A stretch of DNA of 64,000 nucleotides, taken from assembly GCF_964355755.1 (NCBI RefSeq), contig NC_092679.1:23977432-24041431 (forward strand). The letters run 5' to 3'. The position numbers and the translations under genes were made by a program. Under the pieces are notes generated by a model. The model saw only the letters and a program-made list of their open reading frames with translations. It was not told where the DNA came from and ran no database searches. This DNA comes from Antedon mediterranea (Eukaryota > Animalia > Echinodermata). This document shows positions 57,158 to 64,000 of this stretch, one piece after another. Numbering within the stretch: position 1 is the stretch's first letter; the number at the start of each line of letters is the position of its first letter.

Positions 57158-59389
57158 TTATTTCTGGTATTCTGTATATATTGCATAGCACTCAAAACAT
57201 AACCCATTTGAAGTCCTAAATATATTTAAGAATATAATAAGAGTCAATTTATGCCACAAATTAAACTAATTTCGAGTTAAATTGGAAAGCTAATTATCAT
57301 TAAAGGTTTGTAGTTTTGATTTCATCGCACGTCCACTGATGCACGCGTCATTGTCAAATTTATTCACAAAATAGAGATATCTTTGAAATAGCGATATCTT
57401 AATTTCAAATAGAGGTTTTTAATAGGGATCTTCGGTGGCACGTATAAGGCGGCATAGACGGTAATATTCCATGATGTTTAATTAGCAAACATCTTTGTGT
57501 TTGCTATATAAAAACGTTGTTGACAGGCATAACAATAGCTTGACAGGTACATTCAAGTTCTTCAGTTTGCAACTGAAGATTAGACACACAATGAGGAGGC
57601 ATAACAATAGAAATACAGACAGTAGGCGGAATATAGAGTGATGATCAAAGCATCGTGTGCGCGTGCCCCCTATTGTGCGTCCATCTTAAAGCTTCATAAA
57701 CAATACGAAAGCATAACTGAGTTTTTAACTGGACTTAAGACACCCCATGCAATCCATAAGATGAATTTACATATTCAAGCTCCTTAGAACACTTATTATA
57801 GGGAGCACAAAGGTGCTTATAAACTGACATACTTGAGTCCGTACGCGTGCCCATCTTTTGTTTTTTGATATAAAGAACCGTTTAATTCCTAAACAATACA
57901 ATAAGGCCTAACCCTACTTAATTTGGTTTTGTGGACATTCCCTCATACTAGACCAGTTACTTATGACTTACATAAAACTAAACACAATGCGAGAATCAAC
58001 AGATGCTGCAATCAGAACGCTAAGGTGCTTTGGTATTTTAGTCCGTTCGCGTGCCCCTCTTTTGTTTTTGATATAAAGAAACGTTTAATTCCCAAACAAT
58101 ATACATACTGAACCACCGAAGATACTCAGGCTCCTCTATTACACAATACATAGAATTCCAATCCTTGGCTCTTATGTAACATGTAACAATACTCTAGCCT
58201 TAATTTAGCTCAATGTACGCGTGCCCCTCAGAGCTAAGTGTTTTAAATCCATTTGGTATTTTTTCCAATTCGCCGCAATCCGTGTCATCATCTACTTGGC
58301 TTATGTTTGCACGTCGTCGTCGTTGTATTCTTGTGTGAACACTCAATAGAACCCAAGTGTCCCCTTCTCCGGACAGCAGTTTTGGTCGTAAGTGTCAAAA
58401 TATAGCCACGGTCTCAGTTTGTTTCACAGAAAAATGTCCCCTGACTAGTGGTTTCCCAATGAGGTAACAACATCCACCACCGAATATTTAGGCTAAGGTT
58501 TGAAAATTTATAAAATCGATATATGAAGATTTTTTTTTCAAACTAAATGTAAAGTGATTGCCTTGCCTTGATAGAGCTAGATGCTATTGTATTCATAATT
58601 TGTATACGGTCATCATTTGTCTTTGATATTATTATGAACTTTAATTGTTGTAAAATGTTATAGTATGTTAGACGGATATCGGCGTAACTCAAAAAAGATA
58701 TTCTATCGTTTAGGCCTAAGGAAGGATTTAACGTTATTTTAGCATAGTTTATTTATAACTCTATATTGGTAATGTTACTACAATTGTTGCTAAACAATTT
58801 AATATTGTTAAAAATGTTTTTCCCCCAAAATCATGATAAATGAAGAATGTGAATAGGTTATTTTGTAGTTTTTACTTTAAGAATATGAATATATTTTGTA
58901 ACCAAAACGTATAGGCATATACTGTAACAGTTTCACTGTTGGTTCGTCACATTCAGCATACGTCACTCAACTTTACTTGTATTATACTATCTGTTAATAA
59001 CTTGACAGTTCGTGGCACATTGCATCTGCCTCTAATATAATACAATGAAGACATGATGCCTTTTTAAATAATAGAATTACTTACCCGACAATGTTACGTA
59101 ACACTATCCGATCGCATTCATTACGTATTGTTGTTTTACGCGTGCTAACTTAAACTGAAACGATTAACTTCGACTGGGATGTGGTCATGTGTTTAGGCAC
59201 TGAGGAGGACATTAACAGGATAAAGAAGCAGATATTAATGCAACTATAGAATCACCTTTTAATTAGTATCTGTGAAATTAGATTATAATGTGATCTGATA
59301 TTCCTCCTACCCTGTATACGTGACAATACGATACGATACGCACAACAAGGACTGTAAGCGCAAAGCAAATTTCAATGTCTGAAATGTCT

Positions 59390-59533
59390 AGCTTGGTTTC
59401 CAGTAGCGACGCAACGCAAGGACGTGACGCAACGTAAGTAATTTGACCAATCACAAGCTATGGATTGTCATTGGTCAACGCGCTTCTTGCACTGCGCGTA
59501 CGTCCTTGCCTTGCGTCCTAGTGGGAACCAAGT
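59390..59533. mobile_element. MITE family B copy
   Basis: GCTTGGTTTCCAGTAG...CTAGTGGGAACCAAG; internal sequence matches 44718-44855. Confidence 0.78.
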
Positions 59534-60594
59534 TTCATAGCCGGTTCATCACTGAACAAATAAATTGGTTAAATCACAAATTAAAGGTACTTTGGCCTAC
59601 CAATATATACTGGTTTACATTTTTCATTTGTCCGAACTATAGCATTTCTACACAGCGCGTCACAAGTTTCAAGAGGAACACAACAAAGAATGGTAAACAT
59701 TATAAAGATAGTTTTTGTATTAATCGATTAAATCTCAATGAAAGATGTTGAGTGGTATTGAAAAATGTTATTGAAACAAAAAATAAATAAATAATTCATA
59801 ATTGTAGTACCGTACAGTACATTGTAACTAGTAGGGTTTGAGTCTACTTAAATACATGTATGATACGGTTTTCATTTACTTTTGAAGAAATAAAAGCGGT
59901 CGAAATCACAATGAGAAAAAAAAAACAATGTACACGCCATTCATATCATCTAAATCAACAAACATGATTTAGAACTGGTGATTTGGGTGCGGTATAGTAA
60001 TGAATAATTAATGCTAGGCCTACAATAAAACGATATTCGTCGTCAATCGAAGATTATAATATACAGTTATGTCTACCAGTAAACTGCTATGAGTTCGTGA
60101 CTAACGTAAAGCCATTAAGAAATCACAGAGTCGTTAAAAACCTCTTAAAATTAAATTTCGATCGCTTAGTCTTCCTTTGTACATCTTCTTTTAACAGTGT
60201 GATTATAATATTTAAAAAATGAAATTGAAATACAATTATGAGAAGTCATAAAACATACACAATTAGTATATTATTGTCTAACATTGTCATAACACAATTA
60301 CCATAGCTATAGTTATTGTGGCGCCCTAGTAATTCATCTTTAGCTATTCAGTATAAAAACACTATGATTTTATTGGTATAATTTCTTGTCTTGTATTCGA
60401 TTTCGTCAATAAAACTTATAAGACGTTGCATTTGTTTTGTTTCTAATCATCATAATTATTGAGATCGAATTTTTATACAAAATAATATATTATTGTTGTG
60501 TTTATCTTAAGAGTATTACATAAGCGCAACGCGTGAATCTGAATAATATTACAAGCAACAGATTAGTTTGTCATTTTGTGATTGGTTCTCTCGC

Positions 60595-60759
60595 TAAAGC
60601 CGATTTTCCACTAGGCGAATTTGTTCGCGCGAATCGAAAGCGCCAGCTTGTACGCATGTGTATTCATGTTTGCATCTTCCACATCCTTCTCTACGCATGC
60701 GTATTAGCTGACGCCTTCGATTCGCGCGAACAAATTCGCCTAGTGGAAAATCGGCTTTA
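60595..60759. mobile_element. Hairpin MITE (family C) with long perfect TIRs
   Basis: TAAAGCCGATTTTCCACTAGGCGAATTTGTTCGCGCGAATCGAA and its exact reverse complement. Confidence 0.85.
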
Positions 60760-61702
60760 CGTTGCGTCTCGTGTGGGACTTATTTCCAAATGGGGTTCTC
60801 AAGACGTAGAAGAATACATTTAAAAAAAATAAATAAAAAAAGTTAACAATACATTGAACATACTTAAAAATACTGTTACCAAACTTTCATTTGAAGACGG
60901 TAGACGAAGAATGAATGTTAAATCGACCAAATACTGTCTCAAAAATTAGTCTCCTCCTGTCTGTATTTTTCTATTGTTTTAAACATTGTTCATTTATTTA
61001 ACTGCAGTGTATTAACAAAGATTTTTTGATTTTTTATTCTTATATGAATAATTAGACCAATAAAAGATGAATTGAATCCCGAAACGAGCACTCGTTAATA
61101 TCTTTAGTAAAAGTTCTTAAAGTGTGTAAAATATTATCTGCGTGCACGTAATAATAATATGCAGGTGATAGTTTATGTAGTCATCCCATATACTTAATTG
61201 TTCACACTTTACTTGTATCCATAGTTCATTCACAGTAATTATTATATAGTGTGGCTATTAAACAAGGCAGCATAAGCAGTTTTAATTGAGGTTGGCTATA
61301 GTGTTAAAAGTATATTTCTCCTCTTTCTCTTAAATATAGGGGTAATCCCAAATGAGGGGTTATGTATAGTGTTGCAGTGTGCCTAAGTATTGGCCGAATA
61401 ATAATTTGAAACCGTGAGAATAATTCATTAAAAAAAAAAGTCTTTACTTCAGTCCAATAATACATAATGCAGAATCACGTTATGAAACCTACATTTTGAG
61501 AAGGAAGTACAATAATTATAAAATTTTCCCATAATTATATTATAATTATGTAAATAAACGTTCTTTTTATAATTAATATTGAGAGGTATAGGCCTAAATT
61601 AAAAGAAATTTTTATCTATTGTTTCAAATAATTTGATTTCTGTTTTTCCTTTGATATCGATAGGCCTCGTAATTAGCAACAATTGTGTGATATTAATAAT
61701 GT

Positions 61703-61940
61703 TTAAGGTAGACCTACAGTCGTAAACATGATCTCAAATCAGGACGGTATATTTAGGATTAGGACGATTAAGGTAGACCTACAGTCGTAAACATGATCTC
61801 AAATCAGGACGGTTTATTTAGGATTAGGACGATTAAGGTAGACCTACAGTCGTAAACATGATCTTAAATCAGGACATTTTATTTAGGATTAGGACGATAC
61901 ATGATCTCAAATCAGGACGGTTTATTTAGGGTTAGGACGA
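61703..61940. repeat. 65-bp tandem repeat, about 3.6 copies
   Basis: Unit TTAAGGTAGACCTACAGTCGTAAACATGATCTCAAATCAGGACGGTTTATTTAGGATTAGGACGA. Confidence 0.92.
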
Positions 61941-62279
61941 TAGAAATTAAAACGGACAGCATACACGATGCGGGCTTGCCTTCGTATTGTACAGGATTTA
62001 TCAACATGTGTTAGTTTATGAGAATATCACAGGATGCAGCAAGAGGACAAACCCTTTAATTCACCCCCATATAACATCCATGAACCAAAGTTAGGTTGAA
62101 TGAAAGGATTGTATCTCTTAAATAGTTATGTCATTTATTTTATGATAATCATATGGTTTGGGGTACTTAGTGATTGGCTGATTTGATTTTCGTCAAGAAC
62201 GTCAATAGGTTTGCTGGTACTGCATTGTCTAAACTAAACTGGATGTTTTAGCGATAGAAACAGTGGAGATCAGTTGATA

Positions 62280-62855
62280 TATAGTAGAACCCATATTAAA
62301 GGGACAACTTCGAGATCCGACGAATTGTCCCCTTAATAGGCGTGTCCACTGAATGGGTATACAAGGTACACTAATAAAAAAAAACAAAGCAAATTGTCCC
62401 CTTAATAGGCGTGTCCACTGAATGGGTATACACGGGACACAATAAAAAAACAAAAGCAAATTGTCCCCTTAATAGGCGTGTCCACTGAATGGGTATACAA
62501 GGGACACAATAAAAAAAACAAAGCAAATTGTCCCCTTAATAGGCGTGTCCACTGAATGGGTATACAAGGGACACAATAAAAAAAACAAAGCAAATTGTCC
62601 CCTTAATAGGGGTTTTCACGAGAGAATAAAAAAGCAATATACCAAAATGAACAATCTGATATGAACTTAGGAAATTAAGAATGGAACATTTAGCAGCCAC
62701 CAATGATAACTGATCAAGCCAGAGAAAGTAGGCCTATGTTAAGTTTATGATATCCATGTTTGTATTAACAATTATGTAAACATTAATATAATTATTTATT
62801 TATTTATTTTTTTTATATTTTTAAAATAGTGTCCCCTTAATAGGGGTTGAATCTA
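62280..62855. mobile_element. Tc1/mariner-like MITE with an internal 68-69-bp tandem array (62323-62612)
   Basis: Ends AACCCATATTAAAGGGACA / TGTCCCCTTAATAGGGGTT; the internal unit repeats TGTCCCCTTAATAGG; related motifs at 4265-4600. Confidence 0.65.
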
Positions 62856-63581
62856 CAATTCGAAGAGAGGAAGGAGAGTTTGATTTCTCCATAGACGAGT
62901 ATTGAGAATCAATATAAACTGTAAACCTATTCCAACAAAGCTTTGTGTTCTTTTTTTTTTTTTCATTTTGTAATTTTTTTCATTCTTTTTGTCATTTTTT
63001 TTAATGCTGGCATGATGTTCTTCTAAGAACGTGTCTGCCAACATGGTAATTTAGTTTGTGAACATGATAATCGATTTCACCTTCATGTTTGAATAACGAT
63101 CAAACTTCAGGAAAGACATGAAACATTATGTAGCGTGCGGCTCCGGATGGTCTCGTATTTTATTATTCACTTATATCATTAACTGGTAGGCAAGACTCGA
63201 CCATTAAAACTAATGTAATATGTACATATAATAGTTATATAAGTGTATAATAGTTATATACATCAAAAGTCAAATTATTGAAAAAATGACAATGATGTGG
63301 GTATCAGTGGCTGGATCTCAAAACGGTAAAGTATATATTATTTATAATAGGTAATGGAATTGACTTAAAACAATATTCTCTAAAACAAAGAATGGATTAA
63401 ATAGCAAAGTATTATCCATCATCATACGAAAAGATTAAATAAGAGATATATTTATTGTCATTAACACAATTGGAAATTAAAAAATGATTTCTTGATGCTT
63501 AAAAACATAGCAAAAATGTAGGCCTACGGTGATAAAGACAATTTTTTAATTTTTTAAATAAGAAAAGAAAGATAAATACAA

Positions 63582-63755
63582 TTGCCGAGTGGTTAAGACA
63601 GTTGAACCGTAATTTCGTAGCCATAGCATTGGCAAGGGTTCGAGGCTCACTCGCTTCATGCTTTTGGTAGTAGAACGAGTCTTCTTGGATAAGGACTATG
63701 AACCGTGTTCCAGTGTACACATTAGCTCATGTGCACTTCAAAGAACCTAGTAAAT
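63582..63755 (+). mobile_element. tRNA/Deu-type SINE copy, 3'-truncated
   Basis: A box, B-box-like GGTTCGAGGCTC and the same core up to AAAGAACCTAGTA. Confidence 0.72.
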
Positions 63756-64000
63756 TTTTACTCGAGGTACCCGAGTCTAGTACTTACTCATTTTCTCCTT
63801 CTCTTCCTCCATCTGGACACTATTGAGTAAAAAGTGCGATTTTTAAAGTACTACTCCTCCCTTATTCGTTATAGTATTGAGCTGGGATTTGGCATGAACA
63901 TACTACAGGGACATGTCCTCAAAGCTATAGAGCCGGATTTTTAATTTTTTTAAAATTAATTTGTTTAATTAAGAAGCCACAATGTGTGACACACACCACA

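Overview
This is AT-rich, intron-rich animal genomic DNA, most likely an invertebrate deuterostome such as an echinoderm (inferred from the Deu-domain SINEs and protein similarity; not verified). Positions 2104-38113 (+) hold one complete gene for the Ral GTPase-activating protein alpha subunit (RALGAPA1/2 orthologue). I assembled it by hand into 42 coding exons (6219 nt, 2072 aa plus stop) with consistent splice phases, an intact RapGAP-type catalytic motif (KLRHLGNDE) and one U12-type intron (30342-36216). From about 40.5 kb to the end I can support no protein gene: the region holds MITEs, minisatellites, SINE/LINE remnants and CpG-richer regulatory-looking islands. The most notable signals are: a minimal hammerhead ribozyme on the sense strand of intron 19; a fourfold tandem duplication of the exon 28 acceptor in which all three upstream copies lead to a stop codon; a 5S rRNA-headed Deu-type SINE; repeat-borne CTCF-like motif clusters; and an orphan promoter-like island at about 48-49 kb. 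All similarity calls are from recall, with no database searches run.
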